Below the pieces are notes generated by a model, which ran no database searches, had not been told where the DNA came from, and saw only the letters and a program-made list of their open reading frames with translations. A program made the translations under genes and the position numbers. A stretch of DNA of 57,219 nucleotides, counting the filler, from Trichosphaerium sp. ATCC 40318 (taxonomy: Eukaryota; Protista; Tubulinea), in the NCBI GenBank assembly GCA_038496445.1. It is 3 parts of 3 records of this genome, joined end to end, with 100 filler letters (N's around TTAATTAATTAA, not from the genome) between each part and the next. Parts side by side here need not be neighbours in the genome. Positions count along the whole stretch, not along the records: positions 1 to 27,128 come from JALMLS010000104.1; positions 27,229 to 43,318 come from JALMLS010000359.1; 1 more part is not named here. One strand, given 5' to 3'. Shown one piece after another: positions 22,021-36,965 of the stretch (within the stretch, counting starts at the first letter, position 1; every line of letters begins with the position of its first letter).

Positions 22021-25000
22021 TTATATGGAGTAGTCAAGTTCCATGACACTCCTTAGGTTTTGCCGGACTTCGAAACAGCCTAAAAGTAAAACGTTACCAA
22101 TTACCACAAAAACAACAATGTGCCACATGCCTGTTCCTATTGCCGTGTCTGCACCAAACATAATGCTCGATGATGGGTGGTTCATATCATCGTGTTCACC
22201 ATGGCTAAGGGGAAATAAGTCGATGAAAAAAACAGAAAACGAAAAACAAGGGTAAACAAAGAACTTACAAAGAAGCATGTGCGAAAAACTTTGACGCCTG
22301 CTCGAAAGTAGCACGAGCGGTAGGTGATGATCTATGTGTTATACCATGACGACTCAGAGGAACAAGTTCACCAGGGAAAGTCTATAACAAGCATTATAAG
22401 TAAATGATTATAGGCTTAAGAATGAATCAAGTCGCAAATGTCTGTAGGTATCGTACCATGTAATCACCAAGTAGTGACAAGTGACGTGGACTAACTTCAA
22501 TACCGTAGTGACCGTATACATTTGTTACTTCCTCTGTAAGGACCTTTCGTGCAGCCTTTCGAAAACGTAAGTTATTTGTACAAAAAAAAACGAAATTGCT
22601 GGCGTACCTCTATACCGTAGTACTCGTGGATTTTACGAATGTCGTTTGTGTAAATATTGGTAGTATCTACGCCATACTTTTCTGAAAGCGCCAATATAGC
22701 ACTCAGGTTAGATCCTTCAGTTTGAACAGTAACCTAAAGCAAAAAGACGATTAAAAAAAAAAGAAGGAACAAAGAATGTCAGTCTAAACTTGCCTGTTGT
22801 GTCTCATCTGTTTTCGATGGTTGTACAACAATAGCACGTGTAACATTACGTATGCCTTTAGCGTTAAAATTCTCTGCTGTATATTTAACCAAACCAGCAA
22901 GATTTGGTAGTTTTTTATCCATTAAATACGTCTATAAAACACTTAATTAATAAAAACCACTTCTTAACTTAATAGACAAAGTAAGGTTACCTGTAGAGTG
23001 AACTGCCAAGAACGAGAACTTTCACGCCATTTGGAACTTGTCACTGTGACTTTCTTAATCTTTACAGTCTGCAACAAAGACGTCAGAAATGGATTTTCTA
23101 TTGATTTTGAAGAACAAATGTACCGTAGCAGGCTTCTTTTTCTTGGCCTTGCCAGGTGCTTCATCGTTCATATCAATATCAACTGGTTCTTCAGGAGCTT
23201 CGGAAGCTTCATCTGCTTCGAAATCAGCATTATTTTTTGCTTCATCAGCATCATCGCTAAAGCTTGGTTCGTCTTCTTCTACTGCATCTGTCATATTCAC
23301 ATCCACGTCCTTATAGCAATATGTCAATTATAGGATATTTTCTTACATGTACTAGTACCGAATCATCTAATTCATGAGCATTGAAAGAGTTAGCAGCAGA
23401 CTCCCTCGTAGTGACAACTTTATCTAACTTTGCCATCGTATTTTTTTGTATAAAATCATCAATGTATGTCAACAATGAGGTAATATAATGGCCACGTTGC
23501 GCTCTAGCCCTTAATCCTTGAGCAACAAGTCGGATTTGTTTCCATGTTAAGTATTTTTTGTAATCTACAAGACGTTAGCGCTGTGAATTGTACTGAGAAA
23601 ACCAAGAGTTACCTTTAACGAATGTAATGTCAACCTTGTATACACGGTGAGGTCGTTTTACACTATAGGAAATAGCAATCTTCTGAATGAGTTGACCCAT
23701 TGTGATTGGGTTAATAGCATTAGCAAGTGCTTTGGCCATTCTTGTGCCACTAAAAAGAGTTGTAAGATAATGGGTTTTTAAGGATTAAAGGTACATTTTG
23801 CCCTTTAGTTTCATTGGGATCCTCATCATTGTTACTTTTGTTGTACAGTTACGAATGATCTCATTAAGACGAGGTACACCAAGGGTTACGTTAACTCCTC
23901 CTTTACCGGCAAGATGGAAAGTGTTCAACGTCATTTGTGTTGAAGGCTCACCAAGAGACTAATAGAAAAGACAGATTAGATTCGTTATCAACACTCAATG
24001 CAATTGAGGTACCTGCGCACAAAGGACACCAACAGACTCTCCAGGTTGTACTACACTTGTAATATATTTCAAATACATAGCTAGAGTAAACCTAAGTGCA
24101 AAGAAATGTGAGATCATGAAAGTAAAGCAACAATTTCGACTTACTTTTTAACAGTTGGTTTGGCTGTTGTTGCTAAAACATTGCTCTTATCAAAATCAGC
24201 AAACTTTTGTTTGTTTTCCTAGATACGTTTACAAGTAAGTAACAGCATCAGACACTCTAAAATTCTCAAAACATTTTTTCTATTGCGTACCGTAGTAAAC
24301 TTTGTTAGAGCGTCTCTGTATGTTTTAGAAGTAGATGCGAAATATTGACCAGGAGGATACCTCGACAGCATTGGATCTTTTCTAGAGTGTTTAGGTGCTC
24401 CGTAAAGTTCCATTACTGCCTCAGAAGGAGGCCATGATTCTCTAGCCTTTGTAATACGTGCTTTCCACTTAGCTTGACGTCTCTTGATCGTGTCACTGTA
24501 TTGTTTCTCGTATTTTGTAGCCATTTTCAAGGTACCATTCTTCAAGTACTTAATAACCTTGTTCCAACCACAAGAGTGTGCAACTTGGTCCAAATTGTTG
24601 TAATGGAAGTTGAAGTTTGTTAACATGTGACTCTTTGTTACATCAATACCATCCTCGCCATACATGAACTGAATAACTGTTCCGTCATGACTACGAATAG
24701 TGTTATCGTATCCAACCTGTGAAAGGACGGTTAGGCGCGAAATAAATCCAAGAAAAGAAGCCAACGATTGAAATCAAATGATGGGAAAATGTGCTTACAA
24801 CAAGATCTTCTAGATGCTTTACAATACAACGTTGTAAATATCCAGATGTAGCTGTCTTTAAGGCAGTATCTAACAAACCTTCACGACCAGCCATAAGATG
24901 GAAAAAGTACTCAGGAGGTCGAAGACCTAAAAAAATGTTACAAGCAACCTTTTGGACATTATTGCTATGAAAACAAAACGTACCTGTTAAAAATCTGTCC

Positions 25001-27128
25001 ATGACATAACCTGAAGTTCTTGGCGTAGGATCATATGGTTCAAAACAAGGCTACGAAAAAAATAAGAATGGAAATGTGGAAGATGAAAAGCTTCGAAGAA
25101 AGAGCTGATTTCATCGCTTACCAGAGTTCTTCCTGTTAACATTCTTGGTGTACGTCTTCCTTCAAGTTCTTGTTGACCAAGCATACAAGAAATTTGGGAG
25201 AAATTAACTTGGGAACCTTTAGCGCCAGTGATTGTCATCAAAGACAATTTGTTTTTTGGAAATCGTTTTACCTGAAAAAAAAAAATTGAATCAGTGAAAT
25301 GGTTTACGGTAAAACATCTCAGAAAAATAAAAACAGTTTTCCTTGTTTTCTTACTTGTCCACCTGGTAAACAACTCTTAATTAACGTTGATGTCCGTGTA
25401 CTGAGTTGACCAATCATGTAGGAATCCCATTTATCCGACTCATGTTTGTCATACAATAAATGTTGTAATTTCGCCATGATACGCTCTCGCTTATCCAAAA
25501 GCGCATCAGTTACTTCTTCATCTGGTCCAATAATGCCAGTAAACTTTCCAGCGCTCAGTAAAGCGTTTGCTCTATCATTAGACACCTCAAGGATCTTATT
25601 ACGAGCATTTTCAGTCTAGAAACAGAAAAGTTATTACATTGAACTTTTAAAAACAATTTCAAGTTTGTGTGGTCTGAAGTAGTACCTCATCAGTAAGCAA
25701 CAGGTCGTCCATACCACAAGTGTGGCCAGCAAATTGCATATAAGCTGTAAATAGACGTCCCAAAACAGTCAATAGATCACCAGCAATTTCAGCACCGTAC
25801 AATTCATATACTGCGTGAACAATACCTAAAGTCCATTAGATTACCTGTACGTGCTTTTCTGCTTTGAGTTATAAGCGTACCATCTGGTTTTCCCATTTGA
25901 GACTTTGCCAATACACCAAGAAGCAACTCGCCTTCACGAATCACAACCTTACCTTCCATAGAATCTAAAGTAGAAAACAAACATGAGACAAACGGCAAGA
26001 ATATGACTCATTTAATTATTGTACCTTTTCCCCACATTCCTTCTGGAACCTTACACTTAGAATCCAAATGAAGAGGAACTTGTCCCAAGGTTAAGTGCCT
26101 AAAAAATTAATCCATTAATAAAAACAACTCAGAACAAGGTCAGAAATGGTATAGGTACCTGAGAATAGCAGAAATAAGCTGTTTTCCTGTCCACAACACT
26201 TGAGGTTTAAGAATAGTAGGATGACCAAGCTCAATGCGGTTAATATCGTCAGAGTGCTGGAAAAGACAAGCGTATAGCAATTGATGACACATCTCTTGTG
26301 TCAAAAAAGTGTCGCGCTTTGTTAGAAGAACAGAAGCTACCACGTGATCTTGGATTAACCCACGGATAGGCGTACCATCCTATTGAAATTAATACAACAG
26401 CAAAAGACGATTCCTTGTTTTACCTTTGGTACAATATATTGGCGATCAGCTACTGCCAATAGTTTAGCCTCTGTTTGACTGAGCACGTCCTTGATTTAAT
26501 AATTTAGTACAGAGTAATAAAAAGAGTCAAAAGTTGAGTGTACTTGAGGGAAGTGAATATTCATTTCATCACCATCAAAATCAGCATTGTAAGCATTACA
26601 ATTGGCATAATGGAGACGGAGTACAGTATCGTTTTTGAGAATGTACGCCTTATGTGCCATGATACTCGGTCTGTGAAGTGTTGGTTGCCTGTTGACAAGA
26701 AGCATATCTCCTGGTAAGAGATGGCGAAGTACTTGTTTACAAACATCTTCACCAGCTGCGAAGAAAGAGTTAATTTAAAGAAAAAAATAAGAAAGTTGAC
26801 ATGTACCTGAATTCTTTCCAGGAAGGAGAAGTGTAGCAGCTTGTGTTTTACAATTCTTCTCATCTATACGAAGTCTCTTTTTACCATCGAAAATATGTGT
26901 TGCACCAGGGTATACATCAGGACCGTTACGGACCATTTGACGAAGTTTCTTCAAGTTGAATTGATTAACACTTTCTGGAAAAGTCAATGTTTTTGCAAAT
27001 ACTTCTGGAACCTTTTAAACTCGTTAGATCTACCAAAATGACAATATATCGTTATGGCGTACACCAATTTCATTCTGTGCGATATATGGATCACAAGAAA
27101 TGACAGTTCGTCCTGTAAAGTTGCAACG
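22021..27128 (-). CDS. RPA1: RNA polymerase I largest subunit (5'-partial, cut by contig linker; many introns)
   Basis: [50 protein letters not shown] (catalytic), [44 protein letters not shown]; the motif variants are Pol I type. Confidence 0.93.
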
Positions 27129-27228
27129 NNNNNNNNNNNNNNNNNNNNNNNNNNNNNNNNNNNNNNNNNNNNTTAATTAATTAANNNNNNNNNNNNNNNN
27201 NNNNNNNNNNNNNNNNNNNNNNNNNNNN
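27129..27228. other. Artificial contig linker (N44-TTAATTAATTAA-N44)
   Basis: 100-nt N run with a six-frame-stop spacer. Confidence 0.97.
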
Positions 27229-27272
27229 GTTTTTGTTTTGACTTAAATCTTAGCTTTTACACCATCTCAACA

Positions 27273-29588
27273 ATGTCAGTGTTTCGTTTTAAAAAGTCTT
27301 TTGTTAATGTTAGTGCACTACCACCCAAGCCCAGACTCCCAGCCACTCCTTCACTGGCTATACGGCCGCGAGTGGCACAATCTACAAAAACGACATCGAC
27401 ACAAAAACAGCAAACAACCACGAAGCAGACTAACCTCGATCCCCTTTCATCTTTGCGAAAGACTGCCGGTACAACAGGCTATTTAGTTTCTTCTAACATG
27501 TTCTAGAATCCTTGTTGCGGTCACAAAGTGACAATAAAGCTGAAGTGCTGCATCTTGTACGCTATCCCATCCGATCGTTTCCTTAATTTTGTAGACTGGC
27601 AAGCTAAAAGCTTTGGAATCCGAGACCGAAGGCCAAGGTACGCATTACTCGCTTCCAGGTCGTAACGAACAATAGCTTTAAAAATACAAAGCTTTCGAGA
27701 GAAAAACGCTGCACTTCAAGCGACAGTAGACGCAGAGAGGAAACGTTTCAAGAACTTAGAATATGAACTTAGTAAGTTGGTTGTTATTCGTTTTATAAGC
27801 TCTACATAGGCCATCAAGAAGCAATATCAGGAGTACAAGAAGCTGTTTCAAGTTTCCAATCCGCTTACGATACCAGTACGTTTCTAAGTCTAATCTAAGC
27901 GCATGGTTATTCTAAGCATCGTTTTGTAGTTTTGAGCGATACTGAGAATCTCACTCGGCAGACGCTCCGTATAGGTGCTCTAGAACAGGAGATAATACAA
28001 CTACGCAGCAACGAAGCCGAAGGTACTTTGGACCTACGCGCCCAAATCGATGTTAATTATCTTGTTAGCCAAACGCCAGAACGCATCGTTGCTCGCTAAA
28101 GTCGACGATACTATGATTACTCTTAAACATGCAAACGACGAACGAGGTAAGTCTACAACTTTTTTTTTGAGCTTCGTGTACGCAAGTAACCTTGTCTTAG
28201 ATCAAGCTGAAGCAAGCTTAGAAGAAGCTCAAGAAGAAACGAACCAACTAAAAATCGACTTTGAAACCTTACAACAAGAGCACCAAGAATTGATCGTAAG
28301 GACTGCTAATGATAAACAGCTTTCTGCTTTGAAGGAGTCCGTCAAGACTTATCAGGACAAACTTGTGAGTAAATTCCGTTTGTTTAAGTCTAACTCTTTC
28401 GTCGTCTTTAGCTTGAAGCTTCAATTGAAGCTAATAACGTGGAAAAACAGGCGGTAAATACTCTGTGAAGTTTAAATTTACTAGATTTAGGCGATTGAGA
28501 AGGACGCTTCAGATTTAAAAAGAGTGAAACTGGAAACAACTATTACAGAGCTCGAAGGAACAATTGAGAAAACTCAAGAAGTTGTTAAACAAAAAGAAAA
28601 TAACATATCTGAGTTAGAGAGAGTAAACGAAGAACATTGTGACAGAATTAAGGTAACGAAAACAGATTCGTGTCAGATCTGATTTAGCTCCAGGAACTAC
28701 TTGATGAGGCAGGAGAGAAGCAAGGCGATAGCGAAAAGTGTAGCGAGGAATTTAAAAAAACTATAAACGACCAAGCGTCTGAAATTGAAACTTTGGTCAC
28801 CAAACTTCATCATATACAAAAGGAATTCGAGCAAGAGGTGCGTTCAAATTCCTTCTTTTTACATTGAACTAAATCGTTACCTATAGATGGTGAGACGTGA
28901 TAACAAAGACCGTGTTATGTCTGAGGAACATCAAAGCCATCTCATCGAGAAGCAAAAGTTCATTGATGAAGCCGAAGATAAGATTCGTGTATTAGAAGAA
29001 AAACAGGTAACGTCCATAATGAACCTATGTAGTCTAACCTCTTTCAGTTTGAAGGCGCTAAAGACACCAATGATGCAGTAGCGGATCGGGCGAAAGTATC
29101 AGCGCTAAAGAAAAAGTCAGATAAGTACAAGCGTTTGGCTATTTCAAAATCTACGCAGCTCGATGATCTCGCTAAAGAACATGACAAAAAAGAACGTGTT
29201 CTACAAGAGAAGATTTCTGGCTTAGAAGATAAGTTAGCAGAAGCTAAAGCTCGCGAAGAAAATATGAGTGCGTCTGAAGCAAATATAGCGAAGAAGAAGA
29301 CAATCGTGAGAGCAAAGAAACCAGCTGTGAAGCGCAGGAAGCTTTCCACTGTCCCATCTTCCTCTCAGTCCAAAACTGCGAAAAGGAGAAGAAGCACAAC
29401 TGCCCCTCACGCAGCAAAGAGAATGAAGAAGGCGGCAAAAACAACGATGCCAAGAAAACCAAGTTTGAAAGTAACACGCAACGTTCTGATACCTCCAAGA
29501 AGGTTGTGCGCTTTCTTTTCTGAAGTGTTGTCTTAATGGTTACTAGGTGAAGCGTTCGTCTCTAACTCGTACAGCTTCTCGCACGTGA
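27273..29588 (+). CDS. Multi-exon coiled-coil protein with basic C-terminal tail, function unknown
   Basis: Series of E/K/Q-rich heptad exons separated by ~40-nt introns, ending in a K/R-rich tail. Confidence 0.65.
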
Positions 29589-29936
29589 GTTATTGCAATG
29601 CAAGACAAGTATCTCTTTAATCTAATTTTTGTTGTAGATATGGTCTTCTACTATTGCACAATTGCAGACTGCCGCAAACTAATGAATACTTTGCAATCTG
29701 TTTCACTTTCTGTTTTGTATCACTTTTTGCTACGGTTCATATCGATTGCCCTAGCACTACTCCTGATGTACGATAGTTTGGGAAACTTGAGTATTATTGG
29801 ATAGTGTAGGCAAACGCGTGACTATGATATTTTTTGCCTTTCTCGTTAACACTTATTACGTTGCCAACAACACTTATTTTGGAGCGAGAAAAGAATGAGA
29901 CGAATTTGATATTTAAATATTTATTTCAAAAAAGAC

Positions 29937-30946
29937 TTAGATATCAGCATTAAATACAGACACTTTAAGTGGTGACCTTAACTACCGAACAAGCGATCCC
30001 AATACGTGAATAAATGACCAAAATTGTATTTGAATAGTCTATGGTGAACGTGATGATCAGCAGGAGTACCAAAACCAAGAAGTCTAAAAAGATCATCCCA
30101 AGGGTGCTTATACTCCGAGTGAATAAGCGTCAACCAAGCAGCGTATGTACTACCAAAGGCCATATACGTCCATACATTACAATGAACCAACCGAGAAGTG
30201 ACAACGAGTGGTATAAGTATCATACAAATAGTATCATAAAGTGACCCATTAAAAGCATCATAAAGACGAGGATTAAGAAACTTATGATGTGGTTTATGAC
30301 TTAATTGATAAAAGTATGCTCCTGATACATGCTCCATTTTATGCATTATAAACTGTACAAAGTCTTGTATCAAAAGTTGAGCAGCAAGGTATCCAAGTTG
30401 GACTCCACCATCGAACTCATAATAACTAACAAGAAATTATTATTTTTTTTGACTTTTTTTTAGTGAAATCTTACGAAACTGTTTACGTTGTACGTACCTT
30501 GCGGGCATTAAATCGAGCATCCAGTATCCTGCAAGGTAACTACCGAGTAATACAAACCCTTCTGGTTGAGCTTCAAGAAAGTTACTTTTTTTTACGTTTT
30601 GAGTAGTAAGAAATAACGTTTTGGGGTGTTTGTATCATTTTAAGGCGTTTTTGGGGTGATTTGGGGTTACGAAAGTGCAGAGTGACGTCTGACGCTAGAA
30701 AATAGGTTTTAGCGTACCTACGTGGGTAATTACGGCTTCCCAGAAGTTGTACGCTTTAGCTCCTTGTTGGTATCCTTCTTTTGTACTTTTCTGTATTGGT
30801 TTCACAGGGCCAAATGCCCCGGTACGTAGTAGATAATGGTACGTTATTACGACAACTTGTAATACAACAACCGACAAAAGCCCTAAACTGAGTCCCAACG
30901 GGTGGGGCCATTCTTGTGGTACAGCCGTAGCGGTGTTATTCGCCAT
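29937..30946 (-). CDS. Sterol desaturase / fatty-acid hydroxylase superfamily membrane protein
   Basis: His boxes HKMEH, HKPHH, IHSE, HHVHH and YNFGHLFTYWDRLFG; TM segments. A 1-nt indel is possible near 29980. Confidence 0.88.
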
Positions 30947-32172
30947 TGTGAGTAAGCAATAAGGCAAACGTCTAACGCTGGCTTAAGTTCGGCGTTTCTT
31001 CTTTGCGAACCAAAAATGAAAGAATATTTTGAGAAAAGGAATACGTAACGCTTCGATTTTCTAGCCAATCAGAGCAATACATGTCATCAAACCATAAATA
31101 ATATATTTCAACTCCCAAAATTCTTTCTTTTATTTTCCTCGCGGCTTTGAGAAATAATTTACAAACGCCGATATTTGGTATTGTACAAGTGTTTGAGTCG
31201 ATTTTTCTTTTCTCCTTCTTTTTTTCTTTTAATCTTTTTTCTGCGTCTTATAGTATCTTAGTAAAATGGAAAACAATGGCAAACAAATCGCAAGGAGTAG
31301 CAGACCATTTTTACAAGCTATTAAATACAATTATAAACAATGAATGATACGTTGTTTCTTGACAATATAAAATTAAAGTCTATTTGACAAATTGAGTCCT
31401 CAGTTGTCGGATATGGCTATAGCACCCAAGACCTCAAAGGGGCAAGATTATACTTCCGCCACATTTCCAGATTTTCAACACTTTCAGATTTACATTCCCA
31501 CAAACTGGGTTTTACTGAGGTTTGAGACCAAGCGAAGCCTGCGACTAAACATATAAAAGCAACAACCTAGATGCGTACCAACTGCTAGAGGCAATTACAC
31601 AATGACTGCAATGCACTCAGAAAAGTTGTTGTCGTTGTTGTTGTTTTATTGTGTCTGATAGCTACTATACAACTATGACTTAACATGAAGGTCTCTAACC
31701 CTTTGTTCCAGTGCCAATAGTTTTGACTGTAACGGAGCTATCTGTGTTTCAGTTTCTGTAGCATTGTCAAGACAGTCAAAGCAATTATTTTTCGACAACA
31801 AAGTTTCAATTTCTGAATTTCTGAAACTGTCTCAAAAGCGATGCTGCCCCCATGTTTGTACTGACCTACAAAGGCTCTACCATCTCACTGAAATGGTGGT
31901 ATGCACAACTGACATCAGATACTCGGATAAAGTATCCAGGAATTGACTCAGACTATTGAAAACAAAATAGTTGTGATATTTCGGTACTGGGCAGCATACT
32001 CCATGCAAGCTAATTGTGCATGTATATAAATTCTCCAATTATTCTTAAGAGTACACTAGTTTCATTGACGCCAAAACACTGATCTTGTGTACATGAGTGA
32101 ACAATGAAAAAAGTGAGGTAAAAAAGAAGCCACATTTAGTCAAGTCTAGTAAGCTATAATTTTATCATTTAA

Positions 32173-33545
32173 ATGACAACAGGTATCGAATGTTAACCTG
32201 CTTTGTACTTATATTTTTAAAGCTGTGGTTATTGACAATGGCTTTGAGACTATTTCAGCCGGATTAAATACGAGCGAACAACCCAGTGCCAATTTCCCTT
32301 CAATTGTTGGTAAAACACGACGGGAAGGCGTTTCCATCAATAAAACACGTGAACGTAATGTTGTTAACGCTCTCAAGCCGTTTTTTACCTTAACTGATTC
32401 TAATACAAGGTTGCTATGTTGGTAATGAAGCTGAAGCAAAGCGAGCTGCATTGAGCCTTCACTATCCATTGAAAGACGGTGTTGTAAACAATTGGGATGA
32501 CATTGAAAAAATATGGCACCATACGTACTATAATGAGCTTTGTATCTCTCCAGAAGACTATCCATTACTCCTTACAGATACATATAACACTCCATTATCT
32601 TATAGGCACGTTACTTAGTCACAAATTTTACACTTAGAACAAGAACATGATTTGACTTTTTGTAGGGAAAAGATGTTTGAAATCATCTTTGAGACTTTTG
32701 AAGTACCAAAGGCATTTATTGTAAACCGTGAAGTGCTACCTTTGTTTTCCTGCGGTAAGACGACTGGTTGTACATTAACTTGTACTGAGAACGGAGCTAC
32801 ACAAGTTGTACCAATAGTTGAAAGTTGTATTCATCGTCATGCTGTCAAACATTTAAAATTGTATGGTCATCATCTCACAGAATACATGACATTGCTGTTG
32901 GCTGAAAGTGGTGTGCATAAATTTAATAATACTTCTAATCGTGGTATTGTTAAAGATATCAAAGAAAAAAGGTGTTATATTGCAACAAACTATAACAAAG
33001 AAATGGAAACAGGAGCTGTGTCAAAGGTACCTTCAAACAATTTCTTTTTGTTACAATTATCTGCTATTTACAACATGCGTTCCACTTGTTATATTTTGCT
33101 GTACAGTCCTTTATGTTTATCATTGTTCACTTACTCTTTGTAGTCATATGAACTAGCTGATGGTTATATGTTGGACATCAAGAACGAGAGATTTATGTGC
33201 CCAGAAACATTATTCAACCCATCCTTGATAGGTTTTAACAAATGCGGCATTCAAGATCTAGTACACAGTTCAATACAACTGTGTGACCCTTCACTTGCTG
33301 TTCAGTTATATGGTAACATACTTCTTTGTGGTGACGGTACAGTGTTCCCTGGTATGAGTGAAAGATTAGAACTAGAACTAAAAGACAAAGTATCTTTTAA
33401 CGTCAATACAATGCAATCTCCAGAACATTCAACATGGATTGGTGGAATGATATTGTCTGACTTGACAAACTTTAAATTCTTTTGTGTATCTAAGGAAGAT
33501 TATGAAGAACATGACCCAACAATTGTACACAAAGTGTGTTCCTAA
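32173..33545 (+). CDS. Divergent actin / actin-related protein
   Basis: [78 protein letters not shown]. Confidence 0.9.
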
Positions 33546-34338
33546 ATTAAAATACAATTGAGTTACAAGGTTGTGTAGATTTCAATATTTCTTGTGTTCA
33601 CAACGTGATAAATGTTTGGAGTATATTAAAGAGCTTGAATGTCTTGCAGATGGCATGCCAGAATCCCCTGTTTCTCAATTCACAGCTTATTCGATATGTG
33701 CACGTGTATTGGGACAGCTGAACTTCAGGGGAGAGGCGATTAACGTGGCTGAAAAGGGAAAGAATATTACTCCTTTTTTGTTAAATGCCAAAGGAGTCTT
33801 TCCTTTTATTGGATTTTGTGCTACTGATACATGGTCTATATTATATCATAGTGGACGAAAGCATAGTGCTAAAGTATTATCATCTTTTATAGAACCTTTA
33901 TTTGTTCCTTACCCTTTTGTTGCTCGAGTGTTTCTTGTGCGTTATTGTTTTCTTAATTTTTTTTTGGTCTCTTACTTTTTCTTTAGCTTGCTAAGAAGCA
34001 TGGAGGCACACAATCTATTAATTTTGAAGTGGATCTTCTTTCTTCTATGACTCCTTTATTGGAGTGTCCAGGCGAAGTTGCAAAGGGTTAAAGCTGAATG
34101 TAACAACGGTATTTATATATTCTGTTAAAATGTAAAACTGTAAAAACCTTCTTTTATTTTCCAAGTGTTCTTGTATAATATATAACAAATGCTTGGCGCT
34201 AGAGCCACGAGCCATTTTTCTTCCTCCCAACAACTTAGTTTTCCTTCGTTAGTTGATAGAACTAAGAGTGAAAGAACTCTAACTGTAAAATACTTTATTT
34301 TTATCCTTTACAGTAGTTGCTTGTTATTTTTTTATTGG

Positions 34339-36965
34339 TCACAACAAGCCAAGAAGTGATACAAAACAAAGTAGAGTAAAAACCAAAGTAGGCCACATTG
34401 CAGATGCTGAAGAACCAGGAGCAGGTGTCTATTGAAACCAATAAGAAAAATAAAAGAAACAAAAGGGTAAAAATGAAAGAAGATTGTGTCAAACGTACTA
34501 CAAAGTCATTACATTTTGCGGCAGTCTGCAATTGTGCAATAGTAGAAGACCATATCTACAACAAAAATTAGACTTTAAAGAGATACTTGTCTTGCATTGC
34601 AAATAACTCACGTTTTTTTGTCCTGGTACTGAAGCTGTAGGACATATTTCAGGAAATATTATTCCTCCTTTACCACCATTAAGACTACAATCTAATGACA
34701 TCTAGATACAAACCAGACGTAAGAATGTTACAACTTAGAAAAAACAAATAAAAAGGTACATACGTCTGGTCTTCCTCCTGGTAATCCAGCAATTGCCAAT
34801 GGGACAGACAATTTTGATAAATTTGATTCATCCAGTCCGGCCAGAGTTCCACCAGAAACGATATTTATGTTAAGATCACCATCGTAAGTACATATTACAC
34901 AACAAGACATCTCTGCAAGTGTATTTCGGCATTCTTCAGGGAAAGTATTACCGAGAAGCAGTGGGTCGCTAAAAATAGAACCGACTAGTACATTGTTTAC
35001 ATGTGTAGCACAGTTGGTCTTTGAGTACTACATAGGGGAAGTCAGCGAGATTTGATTGTGTAGTTTATGTAAAATTTTCATTGAAACGTACAGCATCGAA
35101 AATACTATAACACTTAGCGCCTACTATTGAAGAAAGAAGACTATTACTCGAAGAAGCTTCGGCTACATTTGATCCTGTCTCAAAAATTTCTGATTGACAT
35201 GTTCCAGACCCTTGAGTAAAATATCAATATAGTCTTTGATCTGACTTGTCGTACCACTGCTACCATCACAAAAGCATTCAAAACCAAACCCACAAGTGTC
35301 CTCAGAATTATCTAGTATGTATGTTGCATTACAGGGGTCTCCCTAAGAAATTTTAACAAGATAGCAAAGAATTCAAACAACTTCATCAATAATGATGACA
35401 TACGTATCCGAATTGTTGTACACAAATTCTAGCTTCACATTCAGCACCATTGCCACAATCAGAATCTCTAAAACAAGTGTCATTCTATTAATAAATATTA
35501 GAAAAAGCAAAAAGCAGTCTGTGGTTGGTAAAACATACTACAGATAATGGAGTTTGACACGTTCCAATAGAGCCTGCGGTGGCATTGTTGCTGATACATC
35601 TCAATTCTTTTTGGCAATTACTGTTGTATGCTTGATCTGTAATACAAGCCTCACCCTTTATGAAACAATGTCAGACAACTTAGTAATGAGGTAAATATAC
35701 GCACCAAGGAGGATGGAGTTTTGGATAAACAAACTGACCCACGAAATTGAAAAGGACAATTATCTGATTGACAGTCCTCATCACCTTCACATTCGTGTAA
35801 CTAAACATGCTTTTGTTAGGAGAATGTATACCTGAGGAAAAGTGCGTACATTTGCCCTCTTGGTTTCGCATTTAAACGTTTTATCATTCCAAAATTCTGT
35901 GTCGAAATCACACGATAGCTCAGGATCACCACAAACAAACTTCGGTACAGTGTCAGTAACGAAACATTCTTGTGTTCCACAAGATAATTGAGAGCAATCC
36001 TACGGGCGATATAAGTATTGTACGAAAAGAGGTAGGTTATGTGGTACCATGCCAGCACATTGGGAAGCGGTACAATTGTTTGATTGGCACTCTTCGTTAT
36101 CAGTACAGTCTTCTCCAATTTGTAAGTTAAAACGAGCACATTTTCCTCCAATACAGTTTCCATTAAAACACTCAATGTCACTGGTACACGTGTCACCAAT
36201 ACACACTTTCTTGTACTCGCATTTAAGAGTATTTTGGTTACAGAAAAGAGCAACAGGATTACAATTACGAACTGTCTGTACGAAAAATGTTGGTATTAGC
36301 CTGTGAAGGATATAGACGTATTTTACGTACTTCAACTGTATCTTCCATGGCTTCAGATGTACACTCATCTCCTACATTCGCTTGAAAAACAGTTTCTGCG
36401 CATATATCTGCTTGATTACAATCAAGGCCAAGCGCACAATTCTCAACTCTGTATGAAAAGCTAGCATTAACACCAAATGTGTGTTTTATTATGACGTACT
36501 CTGCGCATGATTGCCCAACAAGTATTGGTCCAACACAAGAGCAGTCACTTGACCCTTGTGTTACACAATGACACTTGTCCTTTGAATCACAAACGTGACT
36601 AGAAGTGTGTTAGACGTACAGAAAGCGGGTATAAGGTGTTTGTTTTAGGCGTACGTTTCATTACACCGAGCGCCAGTTGACACTGTAATTTTATCAATAC
36701 AGCTCCCTTGAATACAAATTTGTGTCTCTACGCAGCTATCGCATTCTGGGGGTACGCATTTGTCATTGACGCATCTATACCTCTCATTGGCACTCTTGAA
36801 AAAAGTTAGACTACTTTATTGTATCGTTCTTTGTAGCGTCACCTGTGTTTTGCAGTCGTCGTAGGATGAACACGAGAACGAAGGGTCACAAACATTTGCC
36901 AATGAGGTGTAACATAAACAAGTAATGATAACCAGATTGATGACTGATGGAGTTGTTGTACGCAT
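34339..36965 (-). CDS. Secreted/surface cysteine-rich protein with GPI-signal-like C-terminus (multi-exon)
   Basis: Signal peptide MRTTTPSVINLVIITCLCYTSLA; repeated GxxCxxxxxC..C..C modules; ends TPAPGSSASAMWPTLVFTLLCFVSLLGLL*. Confidence 0.75.

Noticed and set aside
27129-27228. TTAATTAATTAA palindrome within N runs (also 43319-43418)
   Set aside because: Artificial contig spacer. Adjacency across it is not biological evidence.
31270-32100. Coding-like stretch upstream of actin
   Set aside because: No consistent reading frame or splice model found.
33571-34130. 159-aa ORF right after the actin gene
   Set aside because: Looks like orphan exons without a start or recognisable domain, so no product can be supported.
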